Shown here piece after piece: positions 16,468 to 27,061 of a stretch of DNA of 64,000 bases. The translations under genes and the position numbers were made by a program. How positions within the stretch are numbered: position 1 is the first letter of the stretch; each line of letters starts with the position of its first letter. The notes under the pieces are model-generated. The model saw only the letters and a list, made by a program, of their open reading frames with translations, did not search any database and had not been told where the DNA came from. Source of the stretch: Acidobacteriota bacterium (GTDB lineage: Bacteria; Acidobacteriota; Thermoanaerobaculia; Multivoradales; UBA5704); assembly GCA_034667225.1 (NCBI GenBank), contig JAXDKG010000055.1, positions 121,104 through 185,103 of the forward strand. The letters are read 5' to 3'.

Positions 16468-18476
16468 CACGGCGAAGAATTGACCTCGACCTCCCTGCCA
16501 TCCGGAAGGGCGACCCGGACCGGGCCGGCGGTGCTCCATCCCACTGCCACCTGCGCGCCGTCCGGCCGGCGGAGGAGCCAGAGGCGCGCGGGGGGCGGAA
16601 CCGGGAGGACGGATTCCAGGCGGCTCCCTTCCAGCTCCCGGATCAGCTCACGGAAGGCTTCGAAGGCCGGACGGCGCCGGAGCCCCACCGGATCGACCAA
16701 GCCGTAGCCTTTGGCGATCATCTGCCACCAGAAGACGCGCTCGACCGCTCCGGTCCCGAGCGCCAGGAGGTAATAACGGACGAGGAAGTCGGCCTGCTCC
16801 TGCTCGCCCACGGAGACAGCCTGGCCGGCGGGCGAGTGCGGACCTTCGCGGAGCGGCCAGTTCACCTCGGTGATCCAGAGGCGGCCTGTCGAGTTGCGGG
16901 CGGTGTCGGCGATCGCCTTGAGGAGGAGCACCTTGCCTTCCGTGTCGAAGCCGGCCTGCGGGTTTTCGGGCGCACCCCGCCGGTCCACGTAGAGGAGGGC
17001 GGAGACCGCATCGAAGTGGAGGCCCGGCCGCTTCAGGTTGAGCACCGCCGCGGTGACATGATGCTCGAAGTCGATCACTGCAGGACCGAGGATCTCCACC
17101 CCGCGCAAAACCTCCGACGCTTCCTGCACGAGGCGGACGTACTCGTTCAGGTTCCAGACCCCCCACTTGCTGCGATTGATGGCCTGGCCCACCTGGAAGC
17201 GCTTGCCGTATGGCGTGAAGCGCGGCCCGATCTCTTCCATCGCCCGCCGCCAGCGCGCCGGGTCCTTGACGAGCTCGCGGTTCTGCGGGAGGGCGAAGGT
17301 CAGCTCCAGCCCGCGGCCATGAAGCTCCCGGGCCAGCTCCTCTTCGGCGTCATGGTCCTCCTCCCAGGGATGGAGACGGAGGAGGACGTGCTTCGCTCCG
17401 AGATCGTCCACGAGGCCGAGCAGGGCTCCCGGATCTTCGGGCCAGGGGCGGAGGGCGACTCCGAATCCGTGAAACGTCGCAGGCTCGCGCCGGAGCTTCA
17501 GCTCCCGGTAGCGGGACCGGATGCGCGGCAGCGCGGCAGCGATGACCGCGGCTTCTTCCAGATGGCCCCGGGCGTCGGCCAAGCGAACCCTCAGCTTGTC
17601 GAAACGGCTGGCGTGCTGGTGCGGCTGGTCGGAGAGGTGGTCCCAGACCACCCGGTCCCGGACGGAAGCGTCCGCAGGGGCTTCCGGGATGTGCGCGTGC
17701 GCCGTGCGGGGCAGGAAGAGATCCTTCACCCGGCGGGTGCCCCCGCGCACCCTCTGCTTCGTCTGATTTTTCAGGAGAAAGCTGCGGTGGTAGAGAAGGT
17801 AGAGCTTCCTACCCTGTGTCCCATAGCTGGATAGAAAGATTTCCTGGTGCTCGGGCCGGAGGATCGGCATGCGGGAGAGGTCCCGCATGCGCTCGGAGAA
17901 GCTCGGGACCTTGCCCATCCGGGTGCGGTTCAGGTCGACCAGGTAGAGCGCTCCGTCGCGGATCAGGACGTTGCCACTGGTGAAGTCGCGGAACCAGAAG
18001 CCCGCGTCGTGGAGCTTGCGCGCTGTCTTTCCGAGCTCTTCGAGAAGCCAGTCAGGAAACTCGTTCCCTGCGTTGGCTGCCCGAAGGAGATAGCGGGCCT
18101 CGGTGGCTCCGTCAAGAAAACGGCTGACGTAGAGGGCGGGGCCGGCCTCGTCGACCGACTCGATCCGCATCACCGGCTCGGGGGTGAGGATTCCTGCCGC
18201 GAGCAGAGCCTGCGCGACCCGCCAGCTCCGCTCGGCCTTGCTCCCCTTGAGCTTGCGGTCGAGCCGGGGACGCAGGCGGTCGTGGCGGAACTGCTTCACC
18301 ACGACGTCAATTCTCTCGAATCGGCTCAGGTACAGGTAGTTCCGCCCCCAGTGGAGCGTCTTGAGGGCCGACGCCGGATCGGCGAGGCGCCGGACCTCCC
18401 CCTCCAGATCGGAGGGACGCAGGCCGGCATTCAGCTCGCCGGTCCAGCCCGGAATCGAAAAGGGCTCGCTTTTCAC
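16434..18476 (-). CDS. LPS kinase (Kdo/WaaP-like) fused to a glycoside-hydrolase-like TIM barrel
   Basis: VVVKQF, LHDAGFWFRDFTSGNVL, LVDLNR kinase motifs; C-terminal LYVDRRGAPEN, WITEVNW, VERVFWW; GTGA overlap with the rng stop. Confidence 0.75.
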   Translation of the reverse strand: MKSEPFSIPGWTGELNAGLRPSDLEGEVRRLADPASALKTLHWGRNYLYLSRFERIDVVVKQFRHDRLRPRLDRKLKGSKAERSWRVAQALLAAGILTPEPVMRIESVDEAGPALYVSRFLDGATEARYLLRAANAGNEFPDWLLEELGKTARKLHDAGFWFRDFTSGNVLIRDGALYLVDLNRTRMGKVPSFSERMRDLSRMPILRPEHQEIFLSSYGTQGRKLYLLYHRSFLLKNQTKQRVRGGTRRVKDLFLPRTAHAHIPEAPADASVRDRVVWDHLSDQPHQHASRFDKLRVRLADARGHLEEAAVIAAALPRIRSRYRELKLRREPATFHGFGVALRPWPEDPGALLGLVDDLGAKHVLLRLHPWEEDHDAEEELARELHGRGLELTFALPQNRELVKDPARWRRAMEEIGPRFTPYGKRFQVGQAINRSKWGVWNLNEYVRLVQEASEVLRGVEILGPAVIDFEHHVTAAVLNLKRPGLHFDAVSALLYVDRRGAPENPQAGFDTEGKVLLLKAIADTARNSTGRLWITEVNWPLREGPHSPAGQAVSVGEQEQADFLVRYYLLALGTGAVERVFWWQMIAKGYGLVDPVGLRRRPAFEAFRELIRELEGSRLESVLPVPPPARLWLLRRPDGAQVAVGWSTAGPVRVALPDGREVEVNSSPCYFEAAGNSAR

Positions 18477-20005
18477 ACTTCCACGACGTCGAAGCGCTCG
18501 TGGTGCATTTCGGGATCGCTCTGCAGGAGGATGTGGACGCCCAGGGAACGCTCCACCTCGGTGAGGATGGCGCGCTCCTCCTGCTGCAGGGCGCGGGAGA
18601 TCTCGGGGTTGACCCGTAGCAGGATCTCGGACTGGCCCATCCGGCCGCGCAGGTGGAGCAGCTCCTTGCGCAAATTGAGGCAGATCGTCGCGATCGACTT
18701 GATCCGGCCGCGTCCGGAGCAGTACGGGCAGGGCTGGGTGAGCAGCCTTTCCAGGTTGGCGCGGCTGCGCTTGCGGGTGACCTCGACCAGCCCGAACTCG
18801 GAGATGTTGAGGACTTTGGTCTTCGCCCGGTCCTTGCGCAGCTCCCCTTCCAGGGCCGTGAACACCTGCTCCCGATGCTCGTGCTCGATCATGTCGATCA
18901 GGTCGATGACGATGATGCCGCCGAGGTCGCGCAGCCGGATCTGGCGCACGATCTCCTGCACGGCCTCCAGGTTCGTCTGGAGCACCGTGTCCTCCAGGTT
19001 GCTCTGCCCCACGAAGCGGCCGGTGTTGACGTCGATCGCCACCAGCGCCTCGGTCGGGTTGATCACGATGTAGCCGCCCGACTTGAGCCAGACCTTGCTC
19101 TTGAGCGCGGCCTCGATCTGCTCCTCGATGCCGAACTGCTCGAAGAGCGTCGCCTCCTGGCGGAAGAGCTTCACCTTGCCCACCAGGCCGGGCTGCACCT
19201 GGTCGAGGAATTCGACGATGCGTTCGTAGGTCTCCTCGCCGTCCACCCAGAGGACCGAGTAGTCCGAGCGCAGGAGATCGCGCACCACGCGCAGGGCGAG
19301 GTCGAGGTCCTGGTGCAGCAGCGTCGGCGCCGAGACCTTGCCGGCGCGCTGGCGGATCTTTTCCCAGAGCTTGGAAAGGTAGTTGAGATCGCTCTCGAAC
19401 TCCTCGATTCCCTTGTTCTCGCCGACCGTGCGGACGATCAGACCCGAATTGCCGCTGCTATTGACGGGGAGCTGTCCGAGCAACCCGAGCAGGCGTTCGC
19501 GCTCGGTCTCGTCTTCGATCCGTCGTGAAACCCCGAAGTGCTTCACGGTCGGGAGGAGCACCAGATACCGGCCGGGCAGGGTCACGTGCGTGCTGATCCG
19601 CGCTCCCTTGCTCGGCAGAGGGTCCTTGACCACCTGGACGATGATCTCCTGCCCGGCCTTGAGCAGCTCGTCGATCGACGGTGCGCCGTGGTGGTTCGCC
19701 GGCTCCTCCCCGCGATCACTGCGGGGCTCTTCGATCTCCAGCTCATCCATGGACTCGACGTCCGAGGCCACATCGCTCACATAAAGGAAAGCATCGCGCT
19801 CCAGCCCGACGTCCACGAACGCGGCCTGCATACCGGGCAGCACCCGGGTCACCCGCCCCTTGTAGACGTTCCCCACCAGGCCGCGGTGGCGGTGGCGCTC
19901 GACGAAGATCTCGGTCAGACGGTCGTCTTCGAGCACCGCGATCCGCGTCTGGTGCGGATCACTCTCGATCAGCATCTTGCAGGTCAAGGTTCCCCTTCCG
20001 GTCAT
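18473..20005 (-). CDS. rng: Ribonuclease G (Rne/Rng family)
   Basis: GNVYKGRVTRVLPGMQAAFVD S1 domain, AIDVNTG, LRDLGGIIVID, CPYCSG; no long C-terminal scaffold. Confidence 0.92.
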   Translation of the reverse strand: MTGRGTLTCKMLIESDPHQTRIAVLEDDRLTEIFVERHRHRGLVGNVYKGRVTRVLPGMQAAFVDVGLERDAFLYVSDVASDVESMDELEIEEPRSDRGEEPANHHGAPSIDELLKAGQEIIVQVVKDPLPSKGARISTHVTLPGRYLVLLPTVKHFGVSRRIEDETERERLLGLLGQLPVNSSGNSGLIVRTVGENKGIEEFESDLNYLSKLWEKIRQRAGKVSAPTLLHQDLDLALRVVRDLLRSDYSVLWVDGEETYERIVEFLDQVQPGLVGKVKLFRQEATLFEQFGIEEQIEAALKSKVWLKSGGYIVINPTEALVAIDVNTGRFVGQSNLEDTVLQTNLEAVQEIVRQIRLRDLGGIIVIDLIDMIEHEHREQVFTALEGELRKDRAKTKVLNISEFGLVEVTRKRSRANLERLLTQPCPYCSGRGRIKSIATICLNLRKELLHLRGRMGQSEILLRVNPEISRALQQEERAILTEVERSLGVHILLQSDPEMHHERFDVVEV

Positions 20006-21144
20006 CGGTTCACGTAGCGTCGCAGGTCCACTCCCAGCATGATCCCGGTCGAGAGGAAGTTCACCATGGTGAAGGAGCCGCCGTAGGACAGGAACGGAAT
20101 GGGAATGCCCGTGATCGGCACGAAACCGACCACCATGGCGCTATTGTAAAGAATATGGAAGCATTGCACGGACAGCAATCCTGTCACGAGCAGAATCCCG
20201 GCGCGGTCCCGCGCCCGGATGGCGATCCTCGCCGCGCTGGTGATGTAGAGGGCGTAGAGCCCGAGCACCCCCAGCACGCCGAGAAAGCCCCACTCTTCGG
20301 CGAGCACGGCCAGGATGAAGTCGGTATGGCGCGCGGGCAGGTAGTGGAGCTGGCTCTGCGTGCCCTGCAGGTAGCCCTTGCCCACGAGCGCGCCCGAGCC
20401 AACCGCGATCTTGCTCTGTCGCACCTGGTAGCCCGCGCCGAGCGGATCGCTCTCCGGCTGCAGGAAGGTGAGGACGCGCTGGCGCTGGTAGCCCTGCATG
20501 CCGAACGTCCAGACGCCGGCGCCGAGCACGATCGCCAGGACCGCGGCCGTGATGAGCAACCGCGGCCGGATGCCGGCCACCAGGAGCATGCCGGCGATCA
20601 GCGGGGCGAACATGGCCGCGCCGCCCATGTCCGGCTCGATCGCCACCAGGACCAGGGGGACCGCCACGATCGCCACCGCCATGAAGATCTGCGGCAGGTC
20701 GAGGACGCGGCGGTTCAGGCCCGCCAGGTAGCGGGCCACGAGCAACCCGGTCGCCAGCTTTGCGAACTCGGAGGGCTGGAACTGGAACGGCCCGATCTGG
20801 AGCCAGTTCGCGGCGCCGCCGCGCTCGACGCCCATGAAGAGCACCAGCACCAACGATGCGATTCCCACGACATAGAGCACCAGAGATAGATCGAGGAGGA
20901 TGTGGTAGTCGATGCTCACCACAATCATCAGCAGGACGAAACCGATCCCCACCCAGAGCGCCTGCCGCGGCAGGTAATCGACCGGCATCTCGGCGCTGGC
21001 GCTGTGCACGGTGAGCAGGCCGATGGCGGCCAGGAGCAGGGCCGACAGGGTCAGGCCCAGGTCCACCGAAGAGAGCAGCCGGAGCCGCGGCTTCTCCTCA
21101 GCGATTGGGAGGATGCTGGAGATCGATCTTGAAGTACTTTGCAT
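20002..21144 (-). CDS. rodA: Rod shape-determining protein RodA
   Basis: FQPSEFAK, EPDMG, GYQVRQSKIAVGSG, HTDFI, PITGIPIPFLSYGGS. Confidence 0.95.
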   Translation of the reverse strand: MQSTSRSISSILPIAEEKPRLRLLSSVDLGLTLSALLLAAIGLLTVHSASAEMPVDYLPRQALWVGIGFVLLMIVVSIDYHILLDLSLVLYVVGIASLVLVLFMGVERGGAANWLQIGPFQFQPSEFAKLATGLLVARYLAGLNRRVLDLPQIFMAVAIVAVPLVLVAIEPDMGGAAMFAPLIAGMLLVAGIRPRLLITAAVLAIVLGAGVWTFGMQGYQRQRVLTFLQPESDPLGAGYQVRQSKIAVGSGALVGKGYLQGTQSQLHYLPARHTDFILAVLAEEWGFLGVLGVLGLYALYITSAARIAIRARDRAGILLVTGLLSVQCFHILYNSAMVVGFVPITGIPIPFLSYGGSFTMVNFLSTGIMLGVDLRRYVNR

Positions 21145-22900
21145 GGAGAGCCTGCGCGATGGGAGCCGCCACGCCGGAGCCGGAGCCGCCGTGCTCGGCG
21201 AAGACCGACACGACGATCTCGGGGTTCTGAGCGGGAGCGAACGAAGTGAACCAGGCGTGGTCCCGGAACTTGAACGGAAGTGCCTTGGCTTCGGTGCGGG
21301 CGGACTGCGCGATGACCTGCACGGTGCCGGTCTTGCCGGCCATCTCGGCACCCGGAACCCGGGCCCGGTGGTAGGCCGTGCCGCCGGGCTCGTTGACCAC
21401 GGCCCAGAGGCCCTCGTGCACGATGCGGATGGCGTCCTCGTTCAGTGCCACGCGCTCGGGCTCGGGGAGCTCCGCGCCCTTGATCAGGTGCGGGATCACC
21501 TTGCGCCCGCCGTTGGCTACGATGGCGGTCATCTCGGCCATCTGGAGCGGCGTCATCAGCACCGGCCCCTGGCCGATCGAGACCGAGATGGTCTCGCCGG
21601 GGTACCACTTCATGCCGCGGACCTTGAGCGCCCAGTCCGGATCGGGCACCAGCCCCTTCTTCTCCCCCTGGATGTCGACCCCGGTCAGCGAGCCGAGCCC
21701 CAGCAACCGCGAGAACGCGGCGATGCGCTCGATGCCCATCCGCTGGCCGAGGCTGTAGAAGTAGACGTCGCAGGAGTTCTTGAGCGCGCCCCGCGCATTG
21801 AGGGTGCCGTGCCCGCCCTTCCTCCAGCAGCGGAAGTAGCGGCCGTAGAAGCTGGCTCCGCCGCCGCACGAGGTGCTGGTGTGCTCGTTGACCAGCCCTT
21901 CGGTCAGCCCGGCCGCGGCCATGACGATCTTGAACGTCGAGCCCGGCGAGTAGGTGTTCTGGATCGCCCGGTTCTGGAGAGGATGGTTGGGGTCCTCGAT
22001 CAGGGCCTGCCAGTCCTTCTTCTGCAGCCGGCGCGCGAACAGGTTCGGGTTGAACGACGGCGAGGAGACCAGGGCCAGGATCTCTCCGGTCCTGGGGTCC
22101 ATGGCCACGATCGAGCCGACCTTCTCCGGGCCGGTGAGCCAGCGCGCCGCCTCCTGCTGGAGATCCAGGTCGATGGTCAGGACCAGGTTCTTGCCCGGCT
22201 CCGCCTCCCGCCGTCCGTACTCGTCGAGGAGACGGCCGCGGCTGTCCACGACCACCGCCCGCTCGCCGTCCTTGCCGCGCAGAATGCGGTCGTAGGTCTG
22301 CTCGATGCCCTTCTTGCCCACCAGGTCGCCCGGCTCGTAGAGCCCCTGCGCCTCCTCGATCTCCTTCTCGGTGGCCTCGCCCAGGTAGCCGAGGACGTGC
22401 GCGGTCTGTTCGCGGTGGCGGTAGAGGCGCAGGTGCTGCACCTCGACCTCGAACTCGGGGAACTCGAGCCCCGACACGCCGAGGCGCGCCACCTGGGAGA
22501 GCGTCAGGTTCTCGGCCAGGAGCACCGGCTTGAAGTCGGGGACGGCGTCGTAGCCCGCCATCAGGGTCTGCAGCTCGGGCAGCGGCCTGCCCAGCACTCC
22601 GGCCGCGAACGCCAGCGCGCCGGGCAGGTTCTGGGCCCGGCTCCGGTCCACCATCAGGTTGTAGCTCGGGATGTTCTCGACCAGCAGCCGGCCCTTGCGG
22701 TCGTAGATCAGGCCGCGGGGCGCCTTGATCGGCAGCTTGCGCAGGCGGTTGTTCTCGGCCAGCTCGCGGTAGTAGTCCCCTTGGACGAGCTGGACGAACC
22801 AGAAGCCGACGGCGATGAGCACGAGCATGCCCGTCACCAGCCGGCTCAACAGCTTGAGGCGGAAGACCAGATCTTCACGATGCTCGCGGACCACCTGCAT
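21098..22900 (-). CDS. mrdA: Penicillin-binding protein 2
   Basis: PRGLIYDR, SPGSTFK (SxxK), SCD, KTGT; mre operon context. Confidence 0.95.
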   Translation of the reverse strand: MQVVREHREDLVFRLKLLSRLVTGMLVLIAVGFWFVQLVQGDYYRELAENNRLRKLPIKAPRGLIYDRKGRLLVENIPSYNLMVDRSRAQNLPGALAFAAGVLGRPLPELQTLMAGYDAVPDFKPVLLAENLTLSQVARLGVSGLEFPEFEVEVQHLRLYRHREQTAHVLGYLGEATEKEIEEAQGLYEPGDLVGKKGIEQTYDRILRGKDGERAVVVDSRGRLLDEYGRREAEPGKNLVLTIDLDLQQEAARWLTGPEKVGSIVAMDPRTGEILALVSSPSFNPNLFARRLQKKDWQALIEDPNHPLQNRAIQNTYSPGSTFKIVMAAAGLTEGLVNEHTSTSCGGGASFYGRYFRCWRKGGHGTLNARGALKNSCDVYFYSLGQRMGIERIAAFSRLLGLGSLTGVDIQGEKKGLVPDPDWALKVRGMKWYPGETISVSIGQGPVLMTPLQMAEMTAIVANGGRKVIPHLIKGAELPEPERVALNEDAIRIVHEGLWAVVNEPGGTAYHRARVPGAEMAGKTGTVQVIAQSARTEAKALPFKFRDHAWFTSFAPAQNPEIVVSVFAEHGGSGSGVAAPIAQALHAKYFKIDLQHPPNR

Positions 22901-22910
22901 ACGTCTGGTC

Positions 22911-23429
22911 CTAACCTAGAAAGCGCAACCGGCTCATCCGGTTGCGGCGACGGGACTCGGAGCCTTGCTGCCACCGGCTGCCGGCGATGTAGAGGACCAT
23001 GCCGAGCACCCCGCACAGCGCCGCCTTGAGCGCCACTCCGAGGGGCGTGGGGAGCTGCGGGTCGGGCAGCAGCATGACCATCAGGCCGACCACGATCGCC
23101 TCCTGCAGCGCGGCGGCGAAGCTCACCACCGCCAGCACCCCGGTGACCCGCTGGATGACCAGGCGCTGCGCCAGCCGGGCCGCGCTGTAGCCTACGATGG
23201 TATCAGCGAAACCAAAGAGTCCGAAGGGGTTGTTGGTCAGCGTGTCGTGCACCAGGCCGACCAGCATGCCGGCGAAAAGGCTGGCCAGGGAGTTTCCACC
23301 CAGCCCATAGAGCACGACCACGACGAGGAAGACGTCGAGGGGCCGCGCCAGCTCCGGCCAGAGCTTCATCAGGCCGAGGTGGAACAGCACGGCGGCGGCA
23401 AGGCCGGCCAGAAGCTTAAGGGCGGGCAC
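22911..23429 (-). CDS. mreD: Rod shape-determining protein MreD
   Basis: Multi-TM protein between mreC and mrdA; GLVHD...FG pattern; GTG start overlapping the mreC end. Confidence 0.85.
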   Translation of the reverse strand: MPALKLLAGLAAAVLFHLGLMKLWPELARPLDVFLVVVVLYGLGGNSLASLFAGMLVGLVHDTLTNNPFGLFGFADTIVGYSAARLAQRLVIQRVTGVLAVVSFAAALQEAIVVGLMVMLLPDPQLPTPLGVALKAALCGVLGMVLYIAGSRWQQGSESRRRNRMSRLRFLG

Positions 23430-24261
23430 CGGGCACGGCCTCCTTGATCTCGGGCGGAATCGGCGAATGGTCGAGCAGGTAGACCTGGTCCAGGGCTCCC
23501 AGGTCCACGGCGGTGGCGACATGGATGCGGTGGAAGAGCTGGCCGCCGCTCTCGACCCTGACGACGGTCCCGATCGGGATACCGCGCGGGTAGACGCCGT
23601 CGATGCCCGCGGTCAGCACCCGGTCGCCGGGCTTCACGTCGGCCTGGCGCGGCACGTAGTCGAGCTCGAGGCCGCCCTGACCCAGGCCGCTGCCGCGCAC
23701 CACCCCTTGCCGGCGGGTACGCAGGAGCATGGCCCCGACGCTCGCGGCGCGGTCGGTGATGAGCTGGACTTTGGAATAGGGGCCCGCCACCGTGACCACC
23801 CGGCCCACCAGGCCCGAGGAGGAGAGCACCGGCTGGTTCGGGCGTGCCGGCCGGTCCCCGGTGTAGATCACCAGGGTGCGCAGCCAGGAGGCGTGGTCCA
23901 CGTAGACCACGTCCGCGACGCGGATGTCGCCGACCGGAGGGGTGGTGTACTCGACGGCGGCGCCGAGCCGGCGCATGTCGTTCTCGAGATCGGAGAGCTG
24001 GAGGAGCCGCAGGCGGAGCTCCTCGTTCTGGCGGCGCAGCAGGGCATTCTCTTCCTGGAGGCTGCCGCGCAGGCGCAGCCCCTCGCGGAACTCGCCCAGA
24101 TTGTTGGGAACCGAGGTGACCGTGCGGGCGGCGGGGCCGAGGAAGCGCAGGCCGACCGACTCCATCCACGTATCGCCGGCCTGGGCACCCCGCACCGCGA
24201 GGTAGACGAGCTGGGCGACCAGCACGACGATCAGCACCCAGCCGGTGCGGCGCTCGTCCAC
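23416..24261 (-). CDS. mreC: Rod shape-determining protein MreC
   Basis: TM, coiled coil (LQEENALLR), GLVGRV, SKVQLITD, GD.VLTAG.DGVYPRGIPIG. Confidence 0.93.
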   Translation of the reverse strand: MDERRTGWVLIVVLVAQLVYLAVRGAQAGDTWMESVGLRFLGPAARTVTSVPNNLGEFREGLRLRGSLQEENALLRRQNEELRLRLLQLSDLENDMRRLGAAVEYTTPPVGDIRVADVVYVDHASWLRTLVIYTGDRPARPNQPVLSSSGLVGRVVTVAGPYSKVQLITDRAASVGAMLLRTRRQGVVRGSGLGQGGLELDYVPRQADVKPGDRVLTAGIDGVYPRGIPIGTVVRVESGGQLFHRIHVATAVDLGALDQVYLLDHSPIPPEIKEAVPGARP

Positions 24262-24294
24262 GTTCTGCCTCGGACCTGCTCCGCCAGAGGGGCG

Positions 24295-25401
<1,107 letters not shown>

Positions 25402-25422
25402 CTACGACATTCTACGGGTTTT

Positions 25423-26859
25423 CTACGGGTTTTCTACGAACACGCGATGCCTGCGGGAAGTTTGGTTCCCCCAACTGTCGCGCGCCCGGATCTCGATGAA
25501 GCTCCAGCCCTCCTTTTCGAGCTGGACCGTCTTCATGAAAGACCCGTCCGCGGCGACCTTGACCTGCTCTCCGTTGATCTCGACCTGGGCTCCAGGATCG
25601 CTGTTCCCGGCGACGATGAAGATACTACCGTAGGATTTCACGTCCTGCAGGTCAAGCGCCGGCGGCGTTTCGTCCTTTTCGCCCATCCCGGAGCGGAAGG
25701 AGGCCACCCGGAACTTCCACGGCTTGCTCCACGGGCCCTGCACGCCGCCCTTGTCGAAGGCCGCCACCCGCCACTGGAAGGTGCCCTCGCCGCGCAGGCC
25801 CAGGGTGGCCTTGGGCGCAGTCCGGTTCTTGACGTCGATGATGTTGTCGACGAAGAGATGGCTGCGCGAGACCTGCAACGCGTACCTGGAAGCGCCCTGC
25901 ACGGGGTCCCAGATGAGGGGGACCTGCGGCATGTGGTCGAGGTCCAGGTCCACGTTGTCCGCGGGCGTGACCAGGGCGGGCCGGCCGGGCAGCGGAGCGG
26001 CCTCGGAGAGCAGGCCGCCGTTCTGGACCACCTGCTCCAGGGGCTTGACCTCGCGCTTCACTCCCCCCTTCGCGGTCAGGTCGATGCCGCCGCTGTAGGC
26101 GCCGAAGCGCCCCTGGTTCGTCTTGGGGTCCACGGCCACGAAGGCCTCGGAATCCTGGCGCACCCGCGCGACCGCGTTCGGCGTCTTGACGTTGCCCGCG
26201 CCCTGGGCGGTGTTGAGCTCCACCCAGCCGAACTCCATCTGGATCGCCTGCTCCTCGCGGCCCTCGGGGGTGCGCGCCGAGGAGACGATGAACTGGGTGT
26301 TCGGCCGCACGGTGTAGAGCGTGCCGTCGAGGAACCCGATCTCGGCCGAGCCGCCCTCGGATGTGCGGACGTAGTCGCCGCTCTGGAGCGACACCCGGCT
26401 GCGCGCCTCCTGCCATTCGCCGCCGTCGCCTCGACGGTACTCGACATCCCCCTGGATCGAGGTGAACTGGGCCTGTCCGATCGTATCGGACAGGTGCAGG
26501 GCCTCGAGGATCGACAGCAGCACGTTGCGGCTGCGACCGGCGTTGTCGAGTGCGCCGCGGAAGTCCTGGTTGGAGTATTGGTTGCGCGCATCCTGGAAGC
26601 CCTGCCAGGCGTCGTCGAGCTCGGTGCGGAAGTCGGCCGTTGCGCGGGGCTCGTCCTGGAGGCGCTGGAGCAGCCTCTGGGTCTCGTCCAGGACCTCGCC
26701 GGCCTGGCGCTCCAGGGAGTGGCTCTCCCAATACCGGTAGGCTACGAAGCAGCCGGCGGCGACCACGATCATGGCCAGAATGATGGCGAATGCCCGCAAC
26801 GTCTCTTCCGAGACGCTGTACCAATCCCGCTTCCGGCGCCCGGTCCTCGTGGCGTTCAA
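25423..26859 (-). CDS. Membrane-anchored FecR-domain protein with C-terminal Ig/Fn3-like domains
   Basis: N-terminal TM; L.SGDYVRT.EGGSAEIGFLDGT.....PNT and VKTPNAVARVR FecR pattern; W..V.GA..Y.LQVS and WRVAA Fn3-like segment. Confidence 0.75.
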   Translation of the reverse strand: MNATRTGRRKRDWYSVSEETLRAFAIILAMIVVAAGCFVAYRYWESHSLERQAGEVLDETQRLLQRLQDEPRATADFRTELDDAWQGFQDARNQYSNQDFRGALDNAGRSRNVLLSILEALHLSDTIGQAQFTSIQGDVEYRRGDGGEWQEARSRVSLQSGDYVRTSEGGSAEIGFLDGTLYTVRPNTQFIVSSARTPEGREEQAIQMEFGWVELNTAQGAGNVKTPNAVARVRQDSEAFVAVDPKTNQGRFGAYSGGIDLTAKGGVKREVKPLEQVVQNGGLLSEAAPLPGRPALVTPADNVDLDLDHMPQVPLIWDPVQGASRYALQVSRSHLFVDNIIDVKNRTAPKATLGLRGEGTFQWRVAAFDKGGVQGPWSKPWKFRVASFRSGMGEKDETPPALDLQDVKSYGSIFIVAGNSDPGAQVEINGEQVKVAADGSFMKTVQLEKEGWSFIEIRARDSWGNQTSRRHRVFVENP

Positions 26860-26922
26860 CTCGCTAACGACCTCTCATGTAGGAAGGCGAATATATCACA
26901 CGGGCGGCTTGGGGGAGATGAC

Positions 26923-27022
26923 CACGGACGAGCACGGACAAACACGGACAAGCCTGGGGTAGGGGCAGTCCGTGCAGGTCCGTGAGAGTCCGTGTTCGTC
27001 CGTGAGTCCGTGTTCGTCCGTG
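26923..27022. repeat. Inverted array of CACGGAC/GTCCGTG heptamers
   Basis: CACGGAC at 26923, 26933, 26943; GTCCGTG at 26968, 26978, 26988, 26998, 27006, 27016. Confidence 0.9.
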
Positions 27023-27061
27023 TTAAACTCCCCGGTCCCTTGCGGGAAAGGAGCTTTTCCG

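Noticed and set aside
25410-25440. TTCTACGGGTT short tandem duplication at the FecR stop
   Set aside because: Only about 2.5 copies; most simply local slippage.
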